Shown here piece after piece: positions 9,191 through 18,799 of a stretch of DNA of 32,000 nucleotides. The stretch comes from Ferroglobus placidus DSM 10642 (GTDB taxonomy: Archaea > Halobacteriota > Archaeoglobi > Archaeoglobales > Archaeoglobaceae): positions 840,001 to 872,000 of the forward strand of contig NC_013849.1 of assembly GCF_000025505.1 (NCBI RefSeq), in the 5' to 3' direction. Position 1 is the first letter of the stretch. Each line of letters starts with the position of its first letter. Under the pieces are notes generated by a model that was given only the letters and a program-made list of their open reading frames with translations, was not told where the DNA came from and ran no database searches. Position numbers and translations under genes: made by a program.

Positions 9191-10369
9191 CTACCTGTTT
9201 CTCTGGAACCAGTTAACGAGAATTTCGAACTGCTTGTGAGTGTTAACCTCATCCGTGTCCATCGGACTCTTGAAGAAGAAGCCCAGCTCTTTGATAACTC
9301 CGTACATCCCCTTCTTTTTCGCAAATATCAGGAATCGAGCTATGTCTATGACGAGCGGAGCTGCAACAATTGCATCTATAGCATCCCAGATGAAGTAGAA
9401 CTTCATAAGCTTGCCCATGAATCCCTTGAAGTGAACGAAGTCGAAGGCTGTTTTGTTGTCAACTAAGGAGGGGAAGTACTCAATCTGGGTTATGCTGTAG
9501 GGGGAGTAGCCGAAAATTTTCTCCAGAACTTTATCCTTGCTTACAACCTTGCTCTCCTTGTTCTCCTTGAAACTCAGAACGAGACCGTCCAAGTCTCCGA
9601 GGATGTTGTAGCTCATCCATCCGACGACTTCGAGGTTTCTGTAAGCAAACATGGGAGCGAGAGTCGTTTTTACGAGAGTTTCTCCGGTTTTTCCGTCATT
9701 TCCTGCATGAGGTACTTTGTTTTCGATGGCAAGCTCCTTCAAAGCTGGAATGTTCGTTCCAACGCTTGGAGTGAAGTTTCCGTAAGGTAGTCGGTTTTTT
9801 AAAGCGGCGTAAGCGTAAAGCATGCTCGCGGAAGCGTACTCTTTTTTATCCTCCTCTATCATTTTTTCGAATCCGTCTAAGGAGCCGTGGTACTTCTCCT
9901 CATACTTTATCATCGGTTCGGTCGAAGCCGTGTTTATAACGACGGTTTCATCATCGGCAAAGCTCTTCATGTCTTTAGACAGCTGATCGACTATTTCTCC
10001 AAGAGTTTTGTTCTCGTCTTCAAGCGTTTCAAGCTTCCCTAACGCTCTAACTCCTTCTCCGCAGTTTATTGCCGTACCTTTCCTTGCAACAATTTTCTCC
10101 AAGTCCTCTCTCACAGCCTCGAGAATTTCCTTATCAAAATGTTTGTTTGCCTCCCAGTGCTCCAAAAGTGCTTCGTAAGCGTTACTTTTCGGTCTTATCT
10201 CGTGCCCACCGAAGTCGATTTTCAGGGGAGCGTACTTGTCTATTCCTTCAAACTGAGGTAGCTCCGAAACCAATCCAGTTTTGTCGATTAATTCCTTTTC
10301 TATGGCTTTCTGACCAGCCATGGCAGTCGTAGAAACTATTCCGTAAGCGCCGATCAACCAGATTTTCAT
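9191..10369 (-). CDS. myo-Inositol-1-phosphate synthase (MIPS)
   Basis: The N-terminus MKIWLIGAYGIVSTTAMAGQKAIE...LVSELPQFEGIDKYAPL..FGGHEIR closely resembles the A. fulgidus MIPS as I remember it. The start at 10369 is preceded by GAGGTGA and gives 392 aa. The 449-aa track ORF is a 5' over-extension. Confidence 0.85.
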   Translation of the reverse strand: MKIWLIGAYGIVSTTAMAGQKAIEKELIDKTGLVSELPQFEGIDKYAPLKIDFGGHEIRPKSNAYEALLEHWEANKHFDKEILEAVREDLEKIVARKGTAINCGEGVRALGKLETLEDENKTLGEIVDQLSKDMKSFADDETVVINTASTEPMIKYEEKYHGSLDGFEKMIEEDKKEYASASMLYAYAALKNRLPYGNFTPSVGTNIPALKELAIENKVPHAGNDGKTGETLVKTTLAPMFAYRNLEVVGWMSYNILGDLDGLVLSFKENKESKVVSKDKVLEKIFGYSPYSITQIEYFPSLVDNKTAFDFVHFKGFMGKLMKFYFIWDAIDAIVAAPLVIDIARFLIFAKKKGMYGVIKELGFFFKSPMDTDEVNTHKQFEILVNWFQRNR

Positions 10370-10451
10370 AAGCATCACCTCGCCAATCCAAGTCAATCCG
10401 TTAGAATTCCGAGCAAAATAATTTTGTAGCGGCGGTATTAAAAATTTTTCT

Positions 10452-10676
10452 GTGTCCGAATGGTTAAAAAAGCACGTTAAATCTCTCGAAGGAAAAGAAG
10501 AAGTTGTTATTAACGTTAAATTTTTCGATGAGCTTCTCAAAAGGCTCGGAAAGGTTATGGCGGAGTTCTACAAAGGTAATTACGAAGTAGGAATAGAAGA
10601 GTTGTCGAAACTTGGAGAGGAAATTTACAGTTACTACAAAACGTTAATTGACGATGGAGAGAACGTTAATGGTTAA
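10452..10676 (+). CDS. Hypothetical small helical protein (74 aa, GTG start); may not be a real gene
   Basis: Composition is protein-like (KEL-rich helices). The start is GTG only, with no SD, and the nearest TATA-like box (10436-10443) is too close. Confidence 0.3.
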   Translation: MSEWLKKHVKSLEGKEEVVINVKFFDELLKRLGKVMAEFYKGNYEVGIEELSKLGEEIYSYYKTLIDDGENVNG

Positions 10677-10677
10677 A

Positions 10678-10685
10678 TTTAAATA
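10678..10685 (+). promoter_or_regulatory. TATA-like box TTTAAATA, 29 nt upstream of the ATG at 10707
   Basis: Spacing fits the window-wide pattern. It would drive the regulator-HMGCS-thiolase-DUF35 unit. Confidence 0.45.
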
Positions 10686-10706
10686 CCCGAGTATTAAATT
10701 AAATTT

Positions 10707-11408
10707 ATGGATGAAATTGCACGAAAATTCGCAGAACACATAGCTGGAGACATAGTTCTTTCAGAAAATCCCGGAAACTGCATAAAAAAGTGGCGAAACA
10801 TTTTTGAAATCTCTCAGAGAGAGCTTGCGGAGAAGCTCGGAATAACGGCTTCTGTCATAAGCGACTACGAGAGCGACAGAAGAAAGTCTCCGGGAGTTAC
10901 TTTTGTGAAGAAGATCGTCAACGCTCTGATAGAGATAGACAAAGAGAGGGGCTGGAAAACGCTGAGCAAGTACAGAGACCTTCTCGGGGTGAAGATAGAT
11001 GCGATAATAGACATAAACGAGTATTCGAGAAGCGTCCCTTCCGAGGAAATCGCAGAGGCTTTAAACGGGGAGCTCGTAGTAAATTTCGACAGGAAGGCAA
11101 ACGGATACACTGTTATAGACAGCATAAAAGCGATTTTGACGATGACCTCCTACGACTTCTACCGCCTCTTTGGATTAACGAGCGAGAGGGCTCTCGTTTT
11201 CACTCAGGTCACAACCGGAAGGTCGCCGATGGTTGCGATAAAAGTTGGAAATTTGAAACCATCAGTGGTGGTTTTGCAAGGGTTAAACAGCCACAAACTC
11301 GATGAAATAGCGAGAAAAATAGCGGAAATTGAGAAGATAGACGTCATTCTCACGGAAATGCCGGTATCGCTTATCGTTGACAAGCTGAAGAAGCTCGGAG
11401 GTGAGTGA
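10707..11408 (+). CDS. XRE-type helix-turn-helix transcriptional regulator with a C-terminal domain of unknown function
   Basis: HTH segment [29 protein letters not shown]. The ORF is 233 aa. Its TGA (11406-11408) lies inside the SD/start region of the downstream HMG-CoA synthase. Confidence 0.7.
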   Translation: MDEIARKFAEHIAGDIVLSENPGNCIKKWRNIFEISQRELAEKLGITASVISDYESDRRKSPGVTFVKKIVNALIEIDKERGWKTLSKYRDLLGVKIDAIIDINEYSRSVPSEEIAEALNGELVVNFDRKANGYTVIDSIKAILTMTSYDFYRLFGLTSERALVFTQVTTGRSPMVAIKVGNLKPSVVVLQGLNSHKLDEIARKIAEIEKIDVILTEMPVSLIVDKLKKLGGE

Positions 11409-12447
11409 ATTGGTTGGAATCGTATCTTACGGAACTTACATTCCCGTTTACAGAATAAAAGCTGAGGAGATAGCGAGGATATGGGGGGAGAATGCAGAAA
11501 GTATAAAAAGCGGTTTGGGAGTTTACGAAAAAGCCGTTGCCGATATTGACGAAGACACCGCAACAATTTCAGTTGAGGCATCGAGAGAGGCTTTAAGAAG
11601 ATGCGGAATCCCCTCAGAGGAGATCGGAGCTGTTTTCGTCGGATCCGAAAGTCATCCCTACGCCGTTAAGCCTACAGCCACGATAGTAGCAGAAGCTGTA
11701 GGAGCTAACAGATTCTGTTATGCTGCTGATTTAGAGTTTGCTTGCAAGGCTGGAACTGCCGGAATGCAAATTTGCGTGGCTATGGTTAAGGCTGGAATGA
11801 TAAAGTACGGACTCGCGATAGGAGCTGACACGAGCCAGAGTTCTCCGGGGGATGCGCTCGAGTATTCAGCAGCCTCTGGAGGTGCTGCCTTCATAATAGG
11901 AAAAGATGAGACGATAGCAGAAGTTAAGGACACACTAAGCTTCACAACCGACACTCCGGATTTCTGGAGGAGAGAGGGAATGCCCTACCCGAGCCACGGA
12001 GGAAGGTTTACCGGCGAACCAGCCTACTTCAGGCACGTTTACACCGCTGCGAAAGAGATCATGAAAAGAAACAACCTCTCCCCAGAAGATTTTAGCTACG
12101 CAGTATTCCACATGCCAAACGGGAAGTTTCCGACGAGAGTTGCGAGAATGCTCGGATTCAGCTCGGAGCAAATAGAGCAAGGACTCGTTGTCAGGAGAAT
12201 CGGAAATACCTATTCAGGCTCTTCACTGATCGGCTTTTCAGCCGTGCTTGACGTTGCGAAGCCGGGAGAGAGAATACTCCTCACTTCCTTTGGAAGCGGA
12301 GCCGGTAGCGACGCTTTCATTTTTGAAGTCACCGAAAACATCGAAAGCTTTCCGAGAGAGCCAAAAGTTTGGGAGAAGATTGAGAGGGCGAAATACATAG
12401 ACTACGGACTTTACGCAAAGCTGAGAAAGAAGATTAGGATGGTGTGA
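11401..12447 (+). CDS. Hydroxymethylglutaryl-CoA synthase (archaeal type)
   Basis: [21 protein letters not shown].., the thiolase-fold catalytic Cys context ([11 protein letters not shown]) and ..[11 protein letters not shown]... The SD GGAGGTGA at 11397-11404 favours the in-frame TTG at 11410 as the real start; the track uses GTG 11401. Confidence 0.9.
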   Translation: MSELVGIVSYGTYIPVYRIKAEEIARIWGENAESIKSGLGVYEKAVADIDEDTATISVEASREALRRCGIPSEEIGAVFVGSESHPYAVKPTATIVAEAVGANRFCYAADLEFACKAGTAGMQICVAMVKAGMIKYGLAIGADTSQSSPGDALEYSAASGGAAFIIGKDETIAEVKDTLSFTTDTPDFWRREGMPYPSHGGRFTGEPAYFRHVYTAAKEIMKRNNLSPEDFSYAVFHMPNGKFPTRVARMLGFSSEQIEQGLVVRRIGNTYSGSSLIGFSAVLDVAKPGERILLTSFGSGAGSDAFIFEVTENIESFPREPKVWEKIERAKYIDYGLYAKLRKKIRMV

Positions 12448-12449
12448 AG

Positions 12450-13598
12450 ATGAGGAGGGTGGCTGTTGTTGGTATAGGGCAGAGCAAGTTCGGAGAGCTG
12501 TGGGAGAAGAGTTTCAGGGACATAGTGATCGAAGCGGGAATTGAGGCTTTGGAAGACGCTAACATTTCCGGAGAGGAAATAGAGGCGATATACGTAGGAA
12601 ACATGAGCGGAGGGAGGTACTTGGCTCAGGAGCACATAGGGGCGCTAATTGCCGATTACTCCGGACTTGCTGAGCTCGGGATACCTTCCGTAAGAGTGGA
12701 AGCTGCCGACGCGAGCGGGGGAGTTGCGTTCAGAGAGGCTTACCTTGCAGTAGCTTCCGGACTTTACGACATCGTCATCGCGGCGGGAGCTGAGAAGGTA
12801 ACAGATGTTGGTGCTGAGCTTGCGGTAGATATAATGTCCTCTTCAGCGGACAGGGAGTGGGAGTACTTCGTTGGAGCTACGCTTCCGGCTTTGTACGCAC
12901 TCATAGCGAGGGTTCACATGAAGGAGTTCGGGACAAAGGAGGAGGATATGGCTCTCGTAAGCGTTAAAAATCATAAAAACGCCGTGAAAAATCCTAAAGC
13001 CCAGTTTAGGAGAGAGATAACTGTCGAAGACGTTTTGAGGTCTCCATACATAGCGGAGCCTATAAAAGTTCTCGACTCAGCTCCGATAAGTGATGGGGCT
13101 GCAGTAGTAATACTGGCGAGCGAGGAAATTGCTAAGAAGCTTACGGACACTCCCGTTTACGTTTCAGCCGTTACTCAGGCGAGCGATTACCTGTCTTTGC
13201 AAAGCAGAAAAGACCTGACGAGTTTTAGAGCAGCTAAAATGGCAGCTAAGAAAGCCTACAAGCTCGCAAAAATCGAAGCGAAAGACGTGGATGTTGCTGA
13301 AGTGCACGACAGCTTTACGATAGCGGAAATAATAGCCTACGAAGATTTGGGATTCTGCGAAAAAGGAGAAGGGGCTAAGATGATAAGAGAGGGTGAGACG
13401 GAGGTAGGAGGTAGAATCCCGGTGAACGTTTCCGGAGGACTGAAAGCTTGCGGTCACGCAACAGGAGCTACCGGAGTTAGGCAAATAGTCGATCTCGTTA
13501 GAATTTTGAGAGACGGCATTGCTGATGCTGAAACCGGCTTGGCATTGAATTTGGGTGGAACCGGAGCTACAGCGGTAGTTTCAATTTTGAGGAGGTGA
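12450..13598 (+). CDS. Acetyl-CoA acetyltransferase (thiolase), archaeal type
   Basis: MRRVAVVGIGQSKFGE.., thiolase-fold motifs and a C-terminal ..NVSGGLKACGHATGATG... I prefer ATG 12450 to GTG 12444 because a GGTG SD lies 7 nt upstream. Confidence 0.9.
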   Translation: MRRVAVVGIGQSKFGELWEKSFRDIVIEAGIEALEDANISGEEIEAIYVGNMSGGRYLAQEHIGALIADYSGLAELGIPSVRVEAADASGGVAFREAYLAVASGLYDIVIAAGAEKVTDVGAELAVDIMSSSADREWEYFVGATLPALYALIARVHMKEFGTKEEDMALVSVKNHKNAVKNPKAQFRREITVEDVLRSPYIAEPIKVLDSAPISDGAAVVILASEEIAKKLTDTPVYVSAVTQASDYLSLQSRKDLTSFRAAKMAAKKAYKLAKIEAKDVDVAEVHDSFTIAEIIAYEDLGFCEKGEGAKMIREGETEVGGRIPVNVSGGLKACGHATGATGVRQIVDLVRILRDGIADAETGLALNLGGTGATAVVSILRR

Positions 13599-13602
13599 AA
13601 TC

Positions 13603-13989
13603 GTGCTTCCAAGATTCTGGAGGAAGATAAAGTACAGATATCGGCTCGTGGGAAGCTACTGCGAGAACTGCGGAGAGTACTACCACCCTCCGAGAAACCT
13701 CTGCCCGAAGTGCAGAAGAAGGGGCTCGATAAAAGAAGTGCCCCTCGGAAGCGAAGGAACGATTTTAAGCTACACAGTCGTCCACGACGCTCCGGAAGAC
13801 TTCAAGCTTCAAAAACCCTACGTCGTCGGCTTGGTTAAGCTCGATTCCGGAGCTGTGGTAACCGCTCAGATTTGCTGCAAGCCGGAGGAAGTGGAGATAG
13901 GAAGAAGGGTTAGAGCTGTTTTCAGGAAGTACTCCGAAGAGGGGGAAGACGGGATAATATACTACGGAACGAAATTCGAATTAATCTAA
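13603..13989 (+). CDS. DUF35 OB-fold / zinc-ribbon protein (scaffold of the thiolase-HMGCS complex)
   Basis: Zn ribbon CENCGEYYHPPRNLCPKCRRRG followed by an OB-like C-terminus. A perfect GGAGGTGA SD lies 5 nt before the GTG. It is the third gene of the conserved archaeal trio. Confidence 0.85.
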   Translation: MLPRFWRKIKYRYRLVGSYCENCGEYYHPPRNLCPKCRRRGSIKEVPLGSEGTILSYTVVHDAPEDFKLQKPYVVGLVKLDSGAVVTAQICCKPEEVEIGRRVRAVFRKYSEEGEDGIIYYGTKFELI

Positions 13990-13994
13990 ATTTT

Positions 13995-16900
13995 TTAGTA
14001 GCTGTGTACAACTCTATAGTGATCCGGTCTCGGACAGTAGAGTTCTCCCCTCTCCCTCATCTTGTACAGAAGCTCTCTTGCTTTTGCTTTATCTATTCCT
14101 CTTTTCTCAGCCTCTTCAAGAATTTCCTTCTCTGGCACACCCTTTTCGAACTCCTTCTCGAGGTCTTCGACTATCTTCTTTATCGTGAGAATTCTGTCCC
14201 TCTGGCTTTTTGACGTGCCGCTGAAGGCGTAATCGATATCTATTTCCCCGGTTTCCGGATCTATGGCTATCTGCTCCAGACTCCTCTTCGTTATCCTGAT
14301 AACCCTCTCCACGTCCTCAGCAGTTATTTTGTCGCTAAGCCTTATTCTTGCAGACGCTTCGGCAAGCCTTATTAAAGCTTCAAGCTGCCTCGCCGTTATG
14401 GGAACCGGAGAGTTCTCTTTTATTCTTCCCCTCATGCTGAGATAGAATTCGATTATCTTCTGCTTAGCCTCCTCCGTTAGAACCGGGAAAACTGTCCTCT
14501 TCGCGTAGGCTATGTACTTTCTCAAAAGCTCCGGCTCTATTACTGGCTTGACTTTTTCGGATTCAACTTCCAAAGCTTCCTTGCTCAACCCAGATGCGAC
14601 GACGTTTTTGAACTTCGCAAGCTTCTCACCGAGCTCGTGAGTGTCGAGAATGTGCTTAGCCAATGCTGCATCCCTCTCCTCGTCCGGATCGTCCGTCATC
14701 ACGAAGATCAGGTCGAACCTCGAAAGCAGAGTCGGAGACAAGTCGATTTGTTCAGCTATCGGAGTGTACTTGTCAAACCTCCCGTATTTTGGATTGGCAG
14801 CTCCAAGCAAAGCACATCTCGCCTTCAGCGTTGCGTTTATCCCGGCTTTAGCAACGCTTATCGTTTGCTGCTCCATAGCTTCGTGTAAAGCAGACCTGTC
14901 TTCGTTCCTCATCTTGTCAATTTCGTCAACGAGAGCTATGCCTTTATCAGCCAAAACCAAAGCTCCAGCTTCGAGAGTCCACCTTCCGTCAATCTCATCT
15001 CTTACTGCTGTAGCTGTCAATCCCGCTGTTGTAGTACCTTTTCCTGTCGTATAAACGCTTCTCGGAGCTATTCTGTGGACATACCTAAGCAATTGGCTGT
15101 TATGGACGAATATGTCGTTTGCCACGAAGTTGTGATGCTCTGGGACTTGCAGATCATAAACGAACGGGTGTTCAGGTTTGTAAGTTGAAATCTCGGTTAC
15201 CTCATCCCAGAATATATCCGACTCTGCAAGCAATTCTAAAAATCTGATGTTGAGTTCCGCGGCTTTGTTCCCATTTAGTCTTTTTCTGAACGCCTTGACG
15301 ACTTTTTTAAGGGTATCCCTTGAAGGTCTTCTATCTCCCCTTTCCAAATGCTGATAAGTTGAACGTTTCACACCACATTCCGACTGTGTAAGATCGAGCA
15401 ACTTCCTTGTTTCTTTGAGAATCCCAGAAACCTTAGGTACAACATCCAAATTTGGATTCTTTTTAATCTTCCATTCGCGGAGCTTTGAATTTACTGTGAA
15501 CCCAATCTCTTTAACAAATTTCAGAGCATTTTCGCCAGTGATTGTAAGCCTAAAGTAAGTTCTCTTCTTCGGTTTCTGCGAGTTGGTCGCTCTGCTTTTA
15601 GTTTCGTGTAGCTGAGAGATTATTCCAAACCTCAATAGAAGATGCTGTATCTGTCGAAGAAGTTCTTGCGATGCAGATACCACTGTGATTTTTGGTCTTT
15701 TTTTGTCTACACTTGCTTCTGCGTCGAAGAAGGCAGATAAAAATGCTTTAATCTCTTCTTTACTACATCTAAAGAGTAAATCCGGAATTTTCTTATCTTT
15801 AGACTTGCCAACAACTCCAATAAGTTCTAAGAAGTTGTAAAGTTCCACGCTCGAGACTACGACCTCTTTCGCTCTCTTATCTTTATGCGGTTTTCTCAAA
15901 CTAGGATTTAAGCCGAGTTTTTTGGCGTATGTAAAAAACTCGCTAACTAGCTTTTCGTCGTTGTTCGTGAAAAAGATCGTCGCACCACTCTCCGATCTCT
16001 GAGCATATCCTTCAGCCATAAATAGCGCTATGAACCTCCAGAACTCAGGAGACGTCCTTTCAGGAAGTTTTAACCTTACGGCGTTATTTGATTTAGACCT
16101 CTCAAATGAATCCGGCAGAGGTTGCGGAGATCCGAATACAGGAATTATTCTAGGAGTTGCTATTAAATCTCCCTTTTTCAGGTCTTTAGCTTTAACAGTA
16201 ACGAATTTTCCGTTTTTTATTGTAAAGAAAGGATGGGTGGGTGTGACTTTGACTGTTCTTCCGGTTTTAGTCTTTATTTTATACATTGTCTCAGGAGCTT
16301 CCCTCTTCCAAACGATGTTCGCCTTACTCGTTCTCGATTTCAGAAAACGGGAATCAAGAGATATAATATCGAGATTTGTCTCGACATAAACTCCGTCATC
16401 TATCTTCTTAACTTTTCCGTTTTTAATCTCGTTATTTACAAGATCACCGATTTTCACTAAACTCCCATCTGAGAGAAGAACTTCCGTGTCATAATCAACA
16501 CACTTAGCAACTCCCGGGTCTCCTACGAGGAGGATGTGGATGTCTCCCCTTATCTCCGTCCCGTCTGGAAGTCTCTTCGGCACGCCACCGAAAAGCTGAA
16601 GAGCTATTGCGAGCTTTATGTCGTCGTAGCCGTAAATTGAGGGAGCTATGCTTCTGACGATTTTGTCGTATATGTTCGGATCCTCGCTCAGCTCGAGTAT
16701 TCTCTTCTTATCCTCCTCAGTTATCTCAAACTCCTCGTATTCCTGCTGAAGAACCTCAACGGAATTCCCGTAAATCTGAAGGTCCATGTGAACGAGCTTC
16801 TTTCCAGCCCCTCTCGGAACGGCTTTGACTATTCCGTTTATTATAACCCTGTCTCCCGGAGTTATAGAGCCGGCAATATCCTCTTCGAGCAGAACGTCAA

Positions 16901-17501
16901 TTATTTGCGGTTGCTCTCCTCCCCTGAGATTTTCCGGATACTCCTGAATTTTAACTCTTTGACTGTCAACTGAAACGCTTTTCTCGGGAACGAGTAAGAA
17001 TCTCCCCCTCGAATGGCAAGCTCTGCACTCCGAGGGTGGTTTTACAACGTTCTCCTCCTGATCGACCAACAACTCCTTACCGCAGTTCGTGCAGATGAAC
17101 AGAGCTTTAACTATCCTCGGTCTAACTTCGGTAACTTTTCGAACTATCCCTTCTATCGAAACAAACTTAGATATGTGTTCAGCTCTTAAATCTCTTATGA
17201 GAATTCTACGAGATGCAGGAAGGTTGACGAATCTGACTTTACATCCTTCCAAGCTGACGTCGTAGATGTTCTCTGCTGAAGCAAGCCCTTGCTCAGCGTG
17301 AGAGATTACGACTTCCGGATTCTCGAAAAGCTCTTCTGCAAGCTTCCCTTCTCTGAAAATTAAAAGATCTCTCGTTACGTCAACGTAAAGGCTACCCTTA
17401 ACTCCGCTAAGCTTCTTTCCAGCGAGTTTGTTAATCTCATCCCTGTAGTACGTTTCGAAGAACTCCCTCCAAACTCCCGGACTGCTGAACATTTTTATCA
17501 T
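13995..17501 (-). CDS. mcm: Replicative helicase MCM, intein-containing precursor (700-aa extein plus 468-aa intein)
   Basis: N-terminal C4 Zn finger (CTNCGK..CRACHS). Walker A is split as GDPGVAK / SQLLRYV. Also present are Walker [10 protein letters not shown], the arginine finger SRFDLIF and a C-terminal wHTH. Confidence 0.95.
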   Translation of the reverse strand: MIKMFSSPGVWREFFETYYRDEINKLAGKKLSGVKGSLYVDVTRDLLIFREGKLAEELFENPEVVISHAEQGLASAENIYDVSLEGCKVRFVNLPASRRILIRDLRAEHISKFVSIEGIVRKVTEVRPRIVKALFICTNCGKELLVDQEENVVKPPSECRACHSRGRFLLVPEKSVSVDSQRVKIQEYPENLRGGEQPQIIDVLLEEDIAGSITPGDRVIINGIVKAVPRGAGKKLVHMDLQIYGNSVEVLQQEYEEFEITEEDKKRILELSEDPNIYDKIVRSIAPSIYGYDDIKLAIALQLFGGVPKRLPDGTEIRGDIHILLVGDPGVAKCVDYDTEVLLSDGSLVKIGDLVNNEIKNGKVKKIDDGVYVETNLDIISLDSRFLKSRTSKANIVWKREAPETMYKIKTKTGRTVKVTPTHPFFTIKNGKFVTVKAKDLKKGDLIATPRIIPVFGSPQPLPDSFERSKSNNAVRLKLPERTSPEFWRFIALFMAEGYAQRSESGATIFFTNNDEKLVSEFFTYAKKLGLNPSLRKPHKDKRAKEVVVSSVELYNFLELIGVVGKSKDKKIPDLLFRCSKEEIKAFLSAFFDAEASVDKKRPKITVVSASQELLRQIQHLLLRFGIISQLHETKSRATNSQKPKKRTYFRLTITGENALKFVKEIGFTVNSKLREWKIKKNPNLDVVPKVSGILKETRKLLDLTQSECGVKRSTYQHLERGDRRPSRDTLKKVVKAFRKRLNGNKAAELNIRFLELLAESDIFWDEVTEISTYKPEHPFVYDLQVPEHHNFVANDIFVHNSQLLRYVHRIAPRSVYTTGKGTTTAGLTATAVRDEIDGRWTLEAGALVLADKGIALVDEIDKMRNEDRSALHEAMEQQTISVAKAGINATLKARCALLGAANPKYGRFDKYTPIAEQIDLSPTLLSRFDLIFVMTDDPDEERDAALAKHILDTHELGEKLAKFKNVVASGLSKEALEVESEKVKPVIEPELLRKYIAYAKRTVFPVLTEEAKQKIIEFYLSMRGRIKENSPVPITARQLEALIRLAEASARIRLSDKITAEDVERVIRITKRSLEQIAIDPETGEIDIDYAFSGTSKSQRDRILTIKKIVEDLEKEFEKGVPEKEILEEAEKRGIDKAKARELLYKMRERGELYCPRPDHYRVVHSY
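15099..16502 (-). mobile_element. MCM intein (468 aa) with a LAGLIDADG homing-endonuclease domain, inserted in the P-loop
   Basis: Cys1 ([13 protein letters not shown], block A), block B VTPTHPF, LAGLIDADG motifs [11 protein letters not shown] and [12 protein letters not shown], block [16 protein letters not shown], and block G DIFVHN followed by Ser+1. Removing it restores GDPGVAKSQLLRY. Confidence 0.9.
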
Positions 17502-17546
17502 CGATATATCGGGCGAGGGGTTAATTACGTTTTGGTCATTAAAAGT

Positions 17547-17978
17547 TTAAGACTTCTTCTTCGCCAGACCAATCGAGAGAAATGGAAACTTCTTTTTAAT
17601 CTCAACGCTTTCCGCTCCGTCTAAATGTCGAAGCATTTTCTCAAATTTTTCGAAGGGAAGACCGTGTTTTATAAATCTCCCGGACCTTACATCAAGAACG
17701 TAAAGATACCCTCCAGATTTTACCATTGCTCCTTCCTTTTCCGCCCTTCTTCTCGCCAACTCTATCATGTCTTTCGAAATGTCCACGCCAAGAACTTCAA
17801 CACCAAGAAGCTTGGAGATCTTCACGGCGAGTATTCCCACACCGCAGCCAGCGTCGAGATATTTTCCTCCTACGCCCAGTCTCTTTAAATCGTTAATCGC
17901 CCGTCTGTAAAGGAGGAAGGAAAATAAATTAGCACCTCTTTCGTATCGCTTCGCATCACTCTCGAAGCTTTTGAGCAT
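17547..17978 (-). CDS. Short class I SAM-dependent methyltransferase-like protein (apparently lacks the central motifs)
   Basis: Motif I YLDAGCGVGILA, post-I LGVDIS, then directly ..AEKEGAMVKSGGYLYVLD (the RVLKPGG-like region). At 143 aa it is shorter than the usual 190 aa or more. Its start abuts the upstream stop codon (17978/17979). Confidence 0.6.
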   Translation of the reverse strand: MLKSFESDAKRYERGANLFSFLLYRRAINDLKRLGVGGKYLDAGCGVGILAVKISKLLGVEVLGVDISKDMIELARRRAEKEGAMVKSGGYLYVLDVRSGRFIKHGLPFEKFEKMLRHLDGAESVEIKKKFPFLSIGLAKKKS

Positions 17979-18401
17979 TCAGTCTATCACCACCAGAACC
18001 TGTCCCGTCTCTACCCTCTCGCCTTCCTTAACCCTTATCTCCTTCACGACTCCGTCCTTTGGCGATACAATTTCGTTCTCCATTTTCATAGCTTCGAGTA
18101 TTAGGAGGGGGTCTCCAACTTTCACCTTCTCTCCCTCAGAAACGAGCAGCTTAACCACAGTCCCCGGAATGGTGGCTGTCACTTCACTACCGCTGCTCTG
18201 AATCTTCCCTATCTCCCTTTTGGTTTCGTGAATTGATTCATGGATAAGCACATGCTTAACTTCGGGAAGCTCGAACTTCTTGCTTTCAAGCTCCACCTCG
18301 ACAACCTTTCCGGCTACTTCAACTTTAAACTTGTTAGCCGAAATCCTTTCAACGTTTGCAACAAGCTCTCTCCCGTCCACTTTTACCTTGTATACACCCA
18401 T
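17979..18401 (-). CDS. Biotin carboxyl carrier / biotinyl-domain protein
   Basis: C-terminal biotinyl domain with the attachment motif EAMKMENEI, flanked by the hybrid-barrel pattern (TIPGTVVKLLVSEGEKVKVGDPLLILEAMKME..GVVKEIRVKEGERVETGQVLVVID). Confidence 0.85.
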   Translation of the reverse strand: MGVYKVKVDGRELVANVERISANKFKVEVAGKVVEVELESKKFELPEVKHVLIHESIHETKREIGKIQSSGSEVTATIPGTVVKLLVSEGEKVKVGDPLLILEAMKMENEIVSPKDGVVKEIRVKEGERVETGQVLVVID

Positions 18402-18405
18402 GTGA

Positions 18406-18798
18406 TCACCTTGCTGAGAAGTACTCTATCTGCACGACTTCCCCCTCAACTTCTCCGAGTAACTCCTTCTTTTTCACCGCAACAACCCTCCCTATTCCCC
18501 TCGGCTTAAGTTTTAGTCTCACAGCAGTCATTTCGCTTTCTTCGACAAAACCTTCTTTGGCAAAGACTATCGAGTGGGAGTGCACTTCCTTCCCAACAAC
18601 CTCGGCTATCAATCCAACTATTCCCCTGTCGAGCTCGTAAAATCTCGCAGGAGTTAAGAGTACGCAATCTCCCACCTCAGCTTTCATTGCTATCGAAACG
18701 TTGTGGGCGCTCCTAAGCTCTATCGTTCTCGTGTATCCGGAAATGATATCGTCGATAACTCTCCTCGAAATCCCGGTTAGAATCCAGCACCTCATCAT
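18406..18798 (-). CDS. Hypothetical conserved protein (130 aa)
   Basis: Clean ORF tightly packed between the PAC2-like and biotin-carrier genes (gaps of 1 and 4 nt). I cannot assign a family with confidence. Confidence 0.5.
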   Translation of the reverse strand: MMRCWILTGISRRVIDDIISGYTRTIELRSAHNVSIAMKAEVGDCVLLTPARFYELDRGIVGLIAEVVGKEVHSHSIVFAKEGFVEESEMTAVRLKLKPRGIGRVVAVKKKELLGEVEGEVVQIEYFSAR

Positions 18799-18799
18799 A

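Noticed and set aside
10370-10540. 57-codon 5' extension of the MIPS ORF in the track (start at 10540).
   Set aside because: The extension has no similarity to the MIPS N-terminus. A GAGGTGA SD directly precedes the internal ATGs (10375/10369), and the 392-aa product matches the expected length. The region is more likely the promoter and leader.
14004-16973. Plus-strand ORFs inside the mcm/intein gene (for example 14641-15054 and 16030-16389).
   Set aside because: They are antisense to a 1168-codon ORF with unambiguous MCM and intein motifs. Their sequences are low-complexity Ser/Leu-rich, as is typical of antisense frames of Glu/Lys-rich genes.
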